64,000 bases of DNA from a candidate division FCPU426 bacterium (GTDB lineage: Bacteria; Oederibacteriota; Muellerivitia; Muellerivitales; Muellerivitaceae). The position numbers and the translations under genes were made by a program. Below are positions 46,624 to 56,202 of this stretch, one piece after another. The DNA is taken from assembly GCA_963771075.1 (NCBI GenBank), contig CAVYSE010000008.1:34317-98316 (forward strand), read 5' to 3'. A model generated the notes under the pieces. The model did not search any database and had not been told where the DNA came from. It worked only from the letters and a program-made list of their open reading frames with translations. Within the stretch, counting starts at the first letter, position 1. Every line of letters starts with the position of its first letter.

Positions 46624-46651
46624 TATTTGAAATAGCTCCCCGTCGTGGACA
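46624..46651 (+). repeat. att-like site 2 (left arm degenerate)
   Basis: TATTTG-AAAT-AGC-TC-CCC-GTCG-TGGACA. Confidence 0.7.
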
Positions 46652-46666
46652 AACAAATATTTCTAT

Positions 46667-47332
46667 TTATCGTTGGCGTCGTTTAAATATTGGCAAGTTA
46701 AACAGATCAGCCAAGGTATACTTTTCCTCTGTTATTAACTTAACTTCCGCTTCTAGCTTTTTTACTATTTCGCCTAATCTCAATTCAACCACATCTTCTT
46801 TGCTACTTCGCCATATTAGATCTCCAGCTTGTTCTATTAACTGTAAATCAGCTTCTGATTGAACATAAACTTGGTTTGTCGCCTTCTCGTACCAATGCTC
46901 CCTCATAATATCCGCACCCCAAATTATGTCATTCCATAACTTGTTCGCGTCGGTATAAATTTCTTCCGCAGGTTTTCCAAACCTCGCCATCGTTGTGTAT
47001 TTAAGCTTAAAAAAATTATTAATGTATTCTTTTCCGGAATTATAGCGTGCATAAAATACATAGCCTTGGTCTTTTGCATGAACAACTTCAGGTGGATCGC
47101 TTTTCTCTTTTTCTGATTTAGGTCTCGAAGCGCTTTCTGCTGTTGACGAAAGTGGGTTTCTTATATTCCAAATTGAATCTTTGAAAGCGTAAATCGAAGC
47201 CAACCATTCTTCAGCCAATTCAATTCTTCGTTTAGAAATAAATTCTTGCCGCCAAATACTTAAAGTTGCAATACCCACCCAAATCCCCACCAAAATAGAA
47301 ATCGATTGAAGAATTTGGATCGCCTCATTCAT
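46667..47332 (-). CDS. Cassette gene: N-terminally anchored hypothetical protein
   Basis: AT-rich 221-aa ORF with one TM followed by helices. Confidence 0.7.
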   Translation of the reverse strand: MNEAIQILQSISILVGIWVGIATLSIWRQEFISKRRIELAEEWLASIYAFKDSIWNIRNPLSSTAESASRPKSEKEKSDPPEVVHAKDQGYVFYARYNSGKEYINNFFKLKYTTMARFGKPAEEIYTDANKLWNDIIWGADIMREHWYEKATNQVYVQSEADLQLIEQAGDLIWRSSKEDVVELRLGEIVKKLEAEVKLITEEKYTLADLFNLPIFKRRQR

Positions 47333-47390
47333 TTAATTTATCCTTTTCCAAGAACAGCGAATGAAAAACCAAAACCATTTCTACAATTCT

Positions 47391-47418
47391 TGTTTTTTCA
47401 GGGTTCGGGACGTGGACA
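47391..47418 (+). repeat. att-like site 3 (degenerate)
   Basis: TGTTTT-TTCA-GGG-TT-CGG-GACG-TGGACA, same 16-bp spacing. Confidence 0.55.
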
Positions 47419-47477
47419 ATTTAATTACCACGATTTAAAACAACTAAATGTCTAAATATTCTTGCTAAAGGTTTTTT

Positions 47478-49155
47478 TCAGTTATTGGCCAATTGTATTT
47501 TGCGAATTAAGTGGTTTAATAATTCTGTCACATAAATATTATTAGAAGCATCAACTGCGATACCAACGGGACAATTAAATGAAGAGGAATTTCTTTTTCC
47601 ATTTCTAGAGCCTTCTTTTCCTGAACCGGCTAATGTTTTTACCATACCATCAGTAGTTATTTCCCGAATTAGGTTATTATTCCTATCAACCACAAGGATA
47701 GACCCCGTTTTTTCCACGGCGATTCCATCAGGATGATTAAAAGTTGCAATGGCAACCTTCCCATTTCTTGACCCTCTAATTTTTGCTTGCCCAGCAACTG
47801 TGCTTACAACCCCATTTATATTTATTTTTCTAATTAAATTGTTCACCGAATCTGCTACAAAAACTTCGCCAGCAGAATTTACTGCAATTCCTTCTGGGTT
47901 GTAGAATGAAGCGGAAATCCCTTCCCCGTTTTCTGAACCTTTTGAGCCTGATCCTGCAATTGTTGTCACCAATCCAGCCGGAGTAATTTTTCTTATGAGT
48001 TCATTTTGAGTATCCGCAACATAGATATTACCCGAAGAATCCACAGTAATTCCTTCCGGAGAATGAAACATCGCGTAACATTGAATCCCATTAGCGGACC
48101 CAGGTTTTCCATTTCCCGCTAAAATTGTAAGCTTTCCATCACAAGTGATTTTAAAAATTGCGTTTTCAGCTGAATCCGCCACATAAATATTATCCTTGGA
48201 ATCAATCGCAACTCCTACAGGGCTAACAAATAAAGAATCAGAATGATTTTCCCTTAAACGACACATCAAATTTTGTTACCAAACCATTAGGATTAATTTT
48301 TCGAATTGATTCCCCTGATGCAACAAAAATGTTTCCGTGGGAATCTAAAGCGATGCCCCTTGGGTGAGAGAATGAGGCCTCAATTCCTAAACCATTCTTG
48401 TAACCAATTTCGCCTGAACCTGCGAAAGTCGTAACAATCCCACCATTTTTTTCTTCCGATCCATTTGAAAATAAAGGGAAGGCATGAAAATGCTGTTGAA
48501 TGAATATGCCAGCAATCACAAGGAAAATAATTATTACAGGCAAACGGTTCCTAAAAATCAAATGCTGGACTTCCTCATTCCTAAAATTGAACCCGCACTC
48601 CAAACAATAGGCAGCTTTAATCGGGTTTTTGGTTTTACATTCTGGACAGGCTTTGACTTGGCCTTTTACTGTTGTGGCCGGGTGTTCTCTATTTTCCATC
48701 CCTTCTTCCACTGCTTCTTTTAGAACCATTAATTTTGGAACTGATTTTGTTACTCTTATCACTTTGGTTCCGGTGATCCGGTCATGCCATCCTCGGGGAG
48801 TTTCATCGCCACTTAAAAAAGAGAATGGCTCAAAAGGTATACAACGACACATAGCGCGGGTTAAAACATTCCAAATATTCAAATTTGTCCCGTCTTCCTT
48901 GACGGCTTTGGTCCTAGTGATTATTTTCCCAATGGTTCTTCCCCCAAAAATTTCCTGGGAGAAATAAATGACCGCCAATATAAAACCGAGACTGTATTGA
49001 CCTAAATGTTTTGTGAGTTCGGCCAAACCGATCGAACCCAAGAAATAACCGATGCCATATCCAATTTCTTTCCCAAAAACGTTTATGAGGAGGTAGAAAA
49101 TAAATATATCGATCAGGTAATTGGCTAGTCTTTGGTTTTTTGTGGCCAGTTCCAT
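47478..49155 (-). CDS. Cassette gene: RDD + zinc ribbon + NHL-repeat protein, split by one frameshift near 48245
   Basis: RLANYLID, GRTIGK and RGWHDRITGT; CPEC/CLEC; repeated P.GIAVD..GNIYVAD. Confidence 0.8.
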
Positions 49156-49297
49156 TTGCTTTCCTAAAATGAATAAGAACCGAGATTTATTCTAAAAATC
49201 AAAGGATAGGCCTTCCTTGCCGTTTTCCAAGCAATCTAGAATTATAATTCGGCTTTAACTACCCTTCTTCTGAAGCCTTTTGTTCTCGTAATTTTCA

Positions 49298-49325
49298 TGT
49301 CCAAGAAGGGTCCCCGTCGTGGACA
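49298..49325 (+). repeat. att-like dyad site 4
   Basis: TGTCCA-AGAA-GGG-TC-CCC-GTCG-TGGACA. Confidence 0.88.
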
Positions 49326-49368
49326 CCCCAAAAATGGTTAATGGGGGCCTGACCTCGTTTTTTTAGAG

Positions 49369-50289
49369 TCACGCCAGGATCATATCAATCTTGTTCAAGT
49401 CATCGTCGGTCAAGTGCCAGTCGGCGGCAGCGGCGTTCTTGGCGATCTGTTCGGACTTGGTTGCACCGGCGATGACCGAGGCGACGGACTTCCGAGTGAG
49501 CAGCCAAGAAAAGGCGAGTTCGAGGATTGTGTGGCCCCGCGATTCAGCGAAAACAATCAGCTTCTCGACGATGTCCAGGTTCTTGTCGGTCAATAGGTTC
49601 GAGAAGTTATTATCGGACTTGATGCGTGCGCCTTCGGGAAGGCGCTGCCCTTGGCGGTATTTGCCCGTGAGCAGGCCGCTAGCAAGGGGGAAGTAGGGCA
49701 GAAACGCGATTCCGAGTTTCTCGCACTCGGGGAGCACCTCGGCCTCGGGGTCGCGTTTCAACAGGCTGTAGTCGTTCTGGACACTGACGAAGTGCACCGC
49801 GCCCCGCGTGACGGCGGCCCTGGCCTCTCGCAGTTGTGCGGCGGAGAAATTAGAGCAGCCAATCTCACGAACCTTACCGGCCTGGACGAGTTCATTGAGA
49901 ACTCCTAGCGTGTCGGCGATGGGTATCGTGTCGTCGGGCAGGTGCAATTGATACAGATCAATGCGATCGGTATTGAGTCGCCGCAGGCTGTCCTCGACGG
50001 CCCTGCGGATGTACTCAGGTTTGGCCCCGCCGGGCATGGCGTCGTTGATGGGAGCGCCGAACTTTGATGCCAGTATCACCTGATCTCGACGCATCCCCAG
50101 CGCGTTCCCCAGAAACTCCTCGCTCTTGGTGCCGCCGTAGATGTCGGCGGTGTCGAAGAAGTTGATGCCGGCGTCGAGACTGGCGTCAATGACGCTTTTT
50201 GTGGCGTCGGCGTCAATGCGCCCGCCGAAGTTGTTGCAGCCCAGCCCAACGACCGAAACGTTGAGCGACCCAATCTTGCGTGTCTCCAT
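49369..50289 (-). CDS. Cassette gene: aldo/keto reductase
   Basis: GLGCNNFG, FFDTADIYG, SLRRL.TDRIDLYQLH and PLASGLLTGKY. Confidence 0.92.
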   Translation of the reverse strand: METRKIGSLNVSVVGLGCNNFGGRIDADATKSVIDASLDAGINFFDTADIYGGTKSEEFLGNALGMRRDQVILASKFGAPINDAMPGGAKPEYIRRAVEDSLRRLNTDRIDLYQLHLPDDTIPIADTLGVLNELVQAGKVREIGCSNFSAAQLREARAAVTRGAVHFVSVQNDYSLLKRDPEAEVLPECEKLGIAFLPYFPLASGLLTGKYRQGQRLPEGARIKSDNNFSNLLTDKNLDIVEKLIVFAESRGHTILELAFSWLLTRKSVASVIAGATKSEQIAKNAAAADWHLTDDDLNKIDMILA

Positions 50290-50380
50290 GTGATATTCTC
50301 TCGTGTTCTAAAATCAACTTCGTGAAGTCGTATGCTCTCAGAATACCCCGAATCACCGGAGGGTTTCGTTCATATTTTAT

Positions 50381-50407
50381 TGTCCAATCCGGGTCCCGTC
50401 GTGGACA
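50381..50407 (+). repeat. att-like dyad site 5
   Basis: TGTCCA-ATCC-GGG-TC-CC-GTCG-TGGACA (1 bp short). Confidence 0.82.
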
Positions 50408-50517
50408 AGGAAAGAATCCTAAATTAATAAAAGACTTGGTTTAAGTTTGCTGAGTCTTTAAATGTTAAAAGTTTCTCCCCTTATCGTGGGTGTAATCTTT
50501 TTAATGGCAGATTTAGC

Positions 50518-51285
50518 TCAGGCAAGCGTCAGAACCCTGGGACCTTTTTTTGTAATAGCAACGCTGTGTTCCCAGTGAGCGGCCAGTCCCCCTTCTCGGC
50601 TGACCACCGTCCAACCGTCTTGGAGAATCCGAACCGCGCCGCTACCCAAGACCAACATCGGTTCGATCGCCAAGACCATTCCAACCTTCAGTTCCGGACC
50701 GGAACCCCGGCGCCCATAATTAGGTACCATAGGGTCTTCGTGCATTTCGCGGCCAATGCCGTGGCCCACGAAATCCCTGACAATGCCATAGCCTTTTTCA
50801 TTGGCCAAAGCTTCGATGGCGGCCCCCAAATCGCCGAGGTGTTTTCCAGGCTGGCATTCGCGAATCGCGGCATCAAGCGCTATCCGGGTGTTGTCCAGGA
50901 GATCTCGTGCAGGAGCGCTGATAACGCCCACCGCGATGGTACGGGCCGCATCCGCACTGTAACCGTTCTTTTGGCAGGCAAAGTCGATGCCGATGATGTC
51001 CCCTTCTTGAAGAATCGCTGCCTTATCGGGAATGCCATGTACGACAACATCATTGATCGAGGTACAAAGAACAGCTGGGTAAGGCGAAACCGGCCCAGGT
51101 TGATAACCCAAGAACGACGATCGCGCCCGTTCCCGGCTCAAGATATCAAAAGCGATCTCATTCAACCGGGCCGTCGTGGTTCCAGGCACGCAAGCGGCTT
51201 CAACCGCGTCCAGCACAGCCGCAACAACGCGTCCCGTTTCGCCCATAAGATTAATTTCTTCCCCGGTCTTTAAAACGATACCCAT
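50518..51285 (-). CDS. map: Cassette gene: type I methionine aminopeptidase
   Basis: CTSINDVVVHGIP, GHGIG..MHEDP, AIEPM and AHWEHSV. Confidence 0.92.
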   Translation of the reverse strand: MGIVLKTGEEINLMGETGRVVAAVLDAVEAACVPGTTTARLNEIAFDILSRERARSSFLGYQPGPVSPYPAVLCTSINDVVVHGIPDKAAILQEGDIIGIDFACQKNGYSADAARTIAVGVISAPARDLLDNTRIALDAAIRECQPGKHLGDLGAAIEALANEKGYGIVRDFVGHGIGREMHEDPMVPNYGRRGSGPELKVGMVLAIEPMLVLGSGAVRILQDGWTVVSREGGLAAHWEHSVAITKKGPRVLTLA

Positions 51286-51433
51286 GACCCCTCCTTGAAC
51301 TAAGAAAAATTATGCCGGTCTCCATCTTGAAGTACAACACCTTGGGGAGGGAGGTTCATCTCCTACCGACCTTTTCTTGAAACCATCCCAAACCCTCGTT
51401 GGGATCAGGGATTGGCCAAACACTGCTTTTCCC

Positions 51434-51462
51434 TGTCCACTGCTGGGTCCCCGTCGTGAACA
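51434..51462 (+). repeat. att-like dyad site 6
   Basis: TGTCCA-CTGCT-GGG-TC-CCC-GTCG-TGAACA. Confidence 0.8.
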
Positions 51463-51648
51463 AGGATCATGCTATTTAACTTCAAAATCCTTCAACCCTT
51501 TTGGCCAAAGTACCATTAATTCATCTCCTTCAATAAACGAAAAAGGCATTTGCCGGTTCCAAATCGGACAGGCGGCTATTTTATTCTTCCGGTTGCGCAA
51601 CGTCCAAGGCTGCGCGATGGATTGCGCCAAGACCGAGATTACTCCAAG

Positions 51649-52245
51649 TCAGGGCCGAACGGTGGTTGCCTTAAGACCGTCAAGGATCACCGTGAACAGC
51701 TGTCGCTGGCGCGCCGAAAGGTACGGCTCCTGATCGCCGATCCATGCCATGGCGTTGACAAGCGCAAAGAGGTCATTCACTCCGATATCGGGGCGTATTT
51801 GTCCGCTCGCCTGCGCGCGCTTGAGCATAAGGTCGAGCCCTTGGCGGACAGCCACGCAGGAGGAGTGGAGCGGCGACTTCGTGTCCTTGAAGCTGCCCAT
51901 GAGAGAGGAGGCGACGCCCCGATAAATGGCAACGGCGGCCATATACTCACGCAAACAAGTCGTCAAGGCCGCGCCAGGATCGTCAGCCGATGCGGCCAAT
52001 CGTGTCTTTTCCGCGAACACCTCAAGGCGCTCACGAAGTAGCGCCTCAAGCAAAGCCTCACGTGAGGGGAAGTGACGATAGAGCGTACCTAGGCCGACGC
52101 CCGCCCGGCGTGCGATGTCGCGCAAAGAAGCGTTCGTGCCACGCTCGGCTATCACGGTATGTGCGACCCGCAGTAACCGGGAGTAGTTACTTCGCGCGTC
52201 GGCGCGTTTACCGTCTGGGCCGTCCAACATTGTTTTCTTTTTCAA
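51649..52245 (-). CDS. TetR-family regulator
   Basis: RADARSN...IARRAGVGLGTLYRHFPSREAL. Confidence 0.9.
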   Translation of the reverse strand: MKKKTMLDGPDGKRADARSNYSRLLRVAHTVIAERGTNASLRDIARRAGVGLGTLYRHFPSREALLEALLRERLEVFAEKTRLAASADDPGAALTTCLREYMAAVAIYRGVASSLMGSFKDTKSPLHSSCVAVRQGLDLMLKRAQASGQIRPDIGVNDLFALVNAMAWIGDQEPYLSARQRQLFTVILDGLKATTVRP

Positions 52246-52260
52246 GGTTTAAATCCTCGA

Positions 52261-52312
52261 TTGACAAACGGTTCGCTGCTCCGTATATATTGTAAGCGGA
52301 GCGGTGATCCGT
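52261..52312. promoter_or_regulatory. Divergent promoter/TetR operator region
   Basis: TTGACA-17bp-TATATA; two CGG-N9-CCG imperfect palindromes. Confidence 0.55.
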
Positions 52313-52327
52313 ATAAAGTATATCACC

Positions 52328-52528
52328 CCGGATTTCCCAAATGAAATTTCTATACGAGTATAAGTTGAATTTTCTGCCTTTTGGATCTGTTGGGATTTCG
52401 GTTTGGATGATTTCGACAGCTGGATTTGATCGGAGATGTCAAATTCCGGTGGAAAATATGGAGGGCAGTATTATGAACGCCAACTTACCCGGCAACGATG
52501 CTGGACAACTTCATCCGGGAAATCCCGG
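52328..52528 (+). mobile_element. ~200-bp MITE related to the IS1380 element
   Basis: The left end CCGGATTTCCCAAATGAAATTTC...CGAGTATAA and right end TTACCCGGCAA...CATCCGGGAAATCCCGG resemble both ends of 21689-23391. Confidence 0.75.
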
Positions 52529-52595
52529 TTTGAATGTTTGGCTCAACTGCTCTTCCCAATCGCAATGGGGATGGGATTTGGGCAAGGAGGCCTAA

Positions 52596-53495
52596 ATGGA
52601 AAAAAACATCATCTATGTGTTTTCTGGAACCGGAAATAGCTTGAAGGCGGCAAGGGACATCTCGGCGGCGCTGGGGGATTGCAGGCTCATCTCAATGGGC
52701 ACCCGAGGCCAAGGCGAACCAGCGCGTGGGCTTGACACCATCGGATTCGTGTTCCCCACCTACTTCCGCGGCGAGCCAAAACAGGTGCGGGAGTTCATCC
52801 GGCGGCTTGATCTGCGGACGAACAAGGACGCCTATTTCTATGCCGTGACGACAATGGGACGCTATGACGGCAATTCGTTGAACCACATCATGAGGCTGCT
52901 GAAGAAAAAGGATGTCACGTTGAACTATTCCCGCGCGTTGGATATGTATTCGAACTACATCATCTCTTACGATATGAAGGACACGGTCGCGGAAGAAACA
53001 AGGCGGTCGGACGTGGCTCTAGGGCCAATCATCCAAGACATCAAGAACAGGACCACCAACAAAGCCGCCGGATGCGAGCCGCTACAAGAAGTCGCCTACA
53101 GGTCGCTGATCGCCTTCGCGCATGACATGGACAGGTATTACACTGTTTCAGGAGCATGTTCTGGTTGTGGAATCTGTGAAAAAGTCTGCCCAGTTGACAA
53201 CATTTGCCTGGATGACGCGGGCCATCCGAGCTTCCAACATCGCTGCGAGCAATGCGTGGCGTGTATCCAGTTCTGCCCAACGAGGGCGATCAACTACAAG
53301 GACCGAACCCAGAACCGGAAGCGTTACACCCATCCCGCGATCAATTACAAGGACCTGGCCGCGTTGAACGGCAAGAACGGCCCCAGACTGGGATGGGCCA
53401 AAGCTGTCGTTTATTCTTCGGTCGGCAACCAGTCGCGTCGCTCCGTTGTTTCAACGCTCCTCGCCAGGGCTCTATGGAAAATCTACGGCATGTGA
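52596..53495 (+). CDS. EFR1-family flavodoxin-fold/4Fe-4S ferredoxin protein
   Basis: FSGTGNS, GFVFPTY, CSGCGICEKVCP and CEQCVACIQFCP. Confidence 0.88.
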   Translation: MEKNIIYVFSGTGNSLKAARDISAALGDCRLISMGTRGQGEPARGLDTIGFVFPTYFRGEPKQVREFIRRLDLRTNKDAYFYAVTTMGRYDGNSLNHIMRLLKKKDVTLNYSRALDMYSNYIISYDMKDTVAEETRRSDVALGPIIQDIKNRTTNKAAGCEPLQEVAYRSLIAFAHDMDRYYTVSGACSGCGICEKVCPVDNICLDDAGHPSFQHRCEQCVACIQFCPTRAINYKDRTQNRKRYTHPAINYKDLAALNGKNGPRLGWAKAVVYSSVGNQSRRSVVSTLLARALWKIYGM

Positions 53496-53599
53496 CGTGA
53501 CTTGCTGTTCAGGCACGCCTGTTCCTGTAAATAAGAGGCCAAACCTGACCCCGTATTTCTTCCTCGGCGGCTTGTAGTTTCAGTAGCACAAGCAAGTAT

Positions 53600-54172
53600 C
53601 TAGGTTGGGCCGGACATTCGCGAGAGCTTCTCCTCAGAGTCGCTAGGTACGCGGCATGCGCTTTCATAGCGGTTCACGAGATTGAACCAACTCAGCATTA
53701 GAATCAATTTCCGCGTGTTATCCACGCCCCAACGCTCGATGGCCGCTTTCAGCAAATCGTCTCCGAGGGTCGCGTTATCCGCGATGTCGTCCGCCATCCG
53801 CGCGATCAAAACGACGGCTGAGTCTATTCCCGTGACTGGACCGTCAGCGGTGAGCGCCTCCACCTCGGTTTTTGAAAGCCCGCTATTGAGCGCTATACGA
53901 GTGGAAGCACGCATGGCATAAACGCAATTCAAGCGCACGGCGGTTCGCACGATCATGGCTTCCCGCAACCTGGCGTCGGCAGCGGAGCAGGCGAAGACCG
54001 CCTTCATTAGCGCGACAGCCGGGCCCGCGAGATCCCCCGCCGCCGCCAACGCGATTGCCCCATTGAGCGTTTTGTCAGGATTGAAATCACTTCCTAAGAC
54101 GGCTCGCGCTTCCTCGGCGGTTGGCATCGGCAAACAGATATCGGTCATTGCTCTCCTTAGTGGATCAGACAT
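53600..54172 (-). CDS. Carboxymuconolactone decarboxylase/AhpD-like protein
   Basis: RLREAMIVRTA...CVY...ALNSGL...WFNLVNR. Confidence 0.65.
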   Translation of the reverse strand: MSDPLRRAMTDICLPMPTAEEARAVLGSDFNPDKTLNGAIALAAAGDLAGPAVALMKAVFACSAADARLREAMIVRTAVRLNCVYAMRASTRIALNSGLSKTEVEALTADGPVTGIDSAVVLIARMADDIADNATLGDDLLKAAIERWGVDNTRKLILMLSWFNLVNRYESACRVPSDSEEKLSRMSGPT

Positions 54173-54229
54173 GAAAAATGGGGTCGGGCATCCATTATCC
54201 TGGCTACTACACCCTTGATCCTGGCACGG

Positions 54230-54257
54230 TGTCCACCCTGGGTCCCCATCGTGGACG
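54230..54257 (+). repeat. att-like dyad site 7 (array end)
   Basis: TGTCCA-CCCT-GGG-TC-CCC-ATCG-TGGACG. Confidence 0.8.
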
Positions 54258-54377
54258 ACCTTTTCCCTTTTGGTCCGACAATTTTACGCCTGATCGATTA
54301 AGAGCGAGATGCAATATTTTCTTAAATGAGCGCCGATTTATAAGGGCAAAGCCAAAATCGGCGCGATAAAAAAGGGG

Positions 54378-54403
54378 AGCGGGGGCAAAGCCCCCGCTTT
54401 TTT
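54378..54403 (+). terminator. Rho-independent terminator, possibly bidirectional
   Basis: AGCGGGGGC-AAA-GCCCCCGCT followed by a T run; A run upstream. Confidence 0.65.
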
Positions 54404-54475
54404 GATTTCCCTCAAAAGCTGAAAGCCCCGGCCTGGTGGCCAGGGCTCCGCTTCTAGTAAATTTTGAATTCCTTG

Positions 54476-54970
54476 TTAAGCCAAAAGCCCGGCTTGTCGG
54501 AAAGAAAAGTGGCCCTCATGGGTCACGATAACGTGGTCATGGACGGTGATTCCAAGCGCACGGCAAGCGGTGACAATCTGGCGTGTGAGCTGGCGGTCGC
54601 CCTCTGAGGCTTCAAGGCTTCCTCCGGGGTGGACGTGGCTCAAGATGATTCCAGAAGCGTCTAGCTCCAAAGCCTTCTTGAGGACTTCCCTCGGGTAGAC
54701 GGCGGTATGGTCAACGGTTCCCTCTCCTCCGGCGATTACGTCCAAAACGTGGTTGCGGTGGTCAACGTACATGGTCAAGAAAATCTCGACCTTCTTCCCG
54801 CCTATCCATTTGCGGAAATAATCGGCTGCGTCTCCGGGGCCGGATAAAGCGGGTCCCCTCTTGTAATCGGCTCGAGCTTCAGCCCATGAAACCGGAATAG
54901 TGGTCGGAGGTATTTTGAACATCACGTCTAAAGTCATTTCGAGTTGTTTGGGTTTCCTGTTCATGACCAT
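54476..54970 (-). CDS. RadC-family JAB-domain protein
   Basis: GTVDHTAVYPREVLK, LSHVHPGG...SEGD and VHDHVIV. Confidence 0.88.
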   Translation of the reverse strand: MVMNRKPKQLEMTLDVMFKIPPTTIPVSWAEARADYKRGPALSGPGDAADYFRKWIGGKKVEIFLTMYVDHRNHVLDVIAGGEGTVDHTAVYPREVLKKALELDASGIILSHVHPGGSLEASEGDRQLTRQIVTACRALGITVHDHVIVTHEGHFSFRQAGLLA

Positions 54971-55092
54971 TCCCTCCCTTCCACCAAAACCATTTCCAAA
55001 GCCCTGTCAATTTCGGCTTCTGGAACGGGATGCTTTATCTCCTCCTCAAGAATCAATTTCGTTTCGATAAACTTCGTCATGAACTCGTTCAT
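54961..55092 (-). CDS. Small acidic protein, first gene after structured repeat C
   Basis: GGAGG RBS; overlaps the radC-like start. Confidence 0.4.
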   Translation of the reverse strand: MNEFMTKFIETKLILEEEIKHPVPEAEIDRALEMVLVEGREWS

Positions 55093-55118
55093 GTCACCCT
55101 CCGCATGATTTATTTGTT

Positions 55119-55597
55119 GGAGGGGAGCGGCCTCCGGGGACCGCCCCCCCAAAAGACTTGGGGGCGGTACACGGAGCGAAAAGGTGGGCGCTGTTGGTTC
55201 CAGAAATTCTTTGTTCCGGGGGAGTGCGTCTAGGTGTCAGCATCATCCGGGCAAAGCCCGTCCCATCTGTGCTGGCCGGATAGCCGACGGAGGAGGCCCG
55301 GCCAGGGACGGGGTTTAGGGGCGGAGGCCCCGGCCCGGACGGCGAAGCCGCCCGGAAAAAGGATTTCTTCCACGTTGTCGTACGCTGTGGGGGCTCCGGG
55401 GGTTACTTCCCCCGGGCTAGGGTGGGGAAAAAGGGGAGGGGGTTTTTCGTCCCTCCCCCTGGGGGGGTCCGGGGGATCTCCACCCGGGCCAGGAAAAGGT
55501 GAAGGGAAGGGGTTTCCCCCTTCCCTTCTTGGAAAAATTTTTAAAGGAAACCTACACGGCCCCGGGAAGACTTCCGCCCGGGGACGGCGAGGTTTCC
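55119..55597. repeat. ~480-bp structured repeat, copy C
   Basis: Near-identical to copy A over ~55209-55358. Confidence 0.88.
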
Positions 55598-55610
55598 TAC
55601 CTGCGCGAAA

Positions 55611-55931
55611 TTATTTGTAGCGGTGGGGCCTTACCAACCGGTCGGAAATCATATCCTTGGGATTCGTCTCCCTCATCTTTTTCAAAATCCGCTCATGGGT
55701 TCTTTGGTTGGGCTTGAGGAGTTTGACCCCCATGTGTTCCACCACGACACGTTTTAAATCTTCCGTCAAAGCATCCACGTCCCCCCCTCTCTTCCCGATT
55801 TCGTCCTGGTGGATTTTCTCGATAAGCGCAAACTCAATTAAGCGGTTTAAGTTGGTTCCCTTCTTCCTGGCGATTCCCCTTAATTGGTCAACACTGTATT
55901 TTTTCGGCCTGTAGGTAAATGTGTTCGCCAT
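55611..55931 (-). CDS. RHH-like DNA-binding protein (possible antitoxin)
   Basis: TFTYRP...LRGIARKKGTNLNRLIEFAL. Confidence 0.5.
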   Translation of the reverse strand: MANTFTYRPKKYSVDQLRGIARKKGTNLNRLIEFALIEKIHQDEIGKRGGDVDALTEDLKRVVVEHMGVKLLKPNQRTHERILKKMRETNPKDMISDRLVRPHRYK

Positions 55932-55934
55932 TTT

Positions 55935-56202
55935 TTATCCTTTCTCTATGTTGAAAAAGTAGATGTGAACCACACCATCTACAAAAGCCCCCTGGATTTC
56001 CGCCATCTGGTCATTTTCCAATTGGAAAGTGACCGTCCCATCCTTTTGATTCCTTAAGTCGAACCACCTTTTCGGTGGCCACCACCTTAAAGCGTCAATC
56101 CGCTGGTCCAAAAGGTCTTTTTGAAACTTCGTCAATCCGTTCTTACGGTCTGACATCAAAAAGTCGTAATTCTTTCTCGCTTCCACGTCCCATATAATTT
56201 CA
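55935..56202 (-). pseudogene. Possible RelE-like toxin clipped at its start by the 37-bp element
   Basis: EIIWDVEARKNYDFL..., about 88 aa, upstream of the RHH gene. Confidence 0.35.

Larger units (their letters stand above)
25080..55931. mobile_element. ICE/conjugative-element-like backbone (boundaries uncertain)
   Basis: VirB4-centred operon, ardC, radC, TA modules and a serine recombinase; no clear terminal att pair or relaxase seen. Confidence 0.65.

Noticed and set aside
46534..54257. CRISPR array or classical integron interpretation of the repeated sites
   Set aside because: Spacing ranges from ~60 bp to 2.8 kb and contains whole genes. There are no cas genes, no tyrosine integrase and no RYYYAAC...GTTRRRY attC structure.
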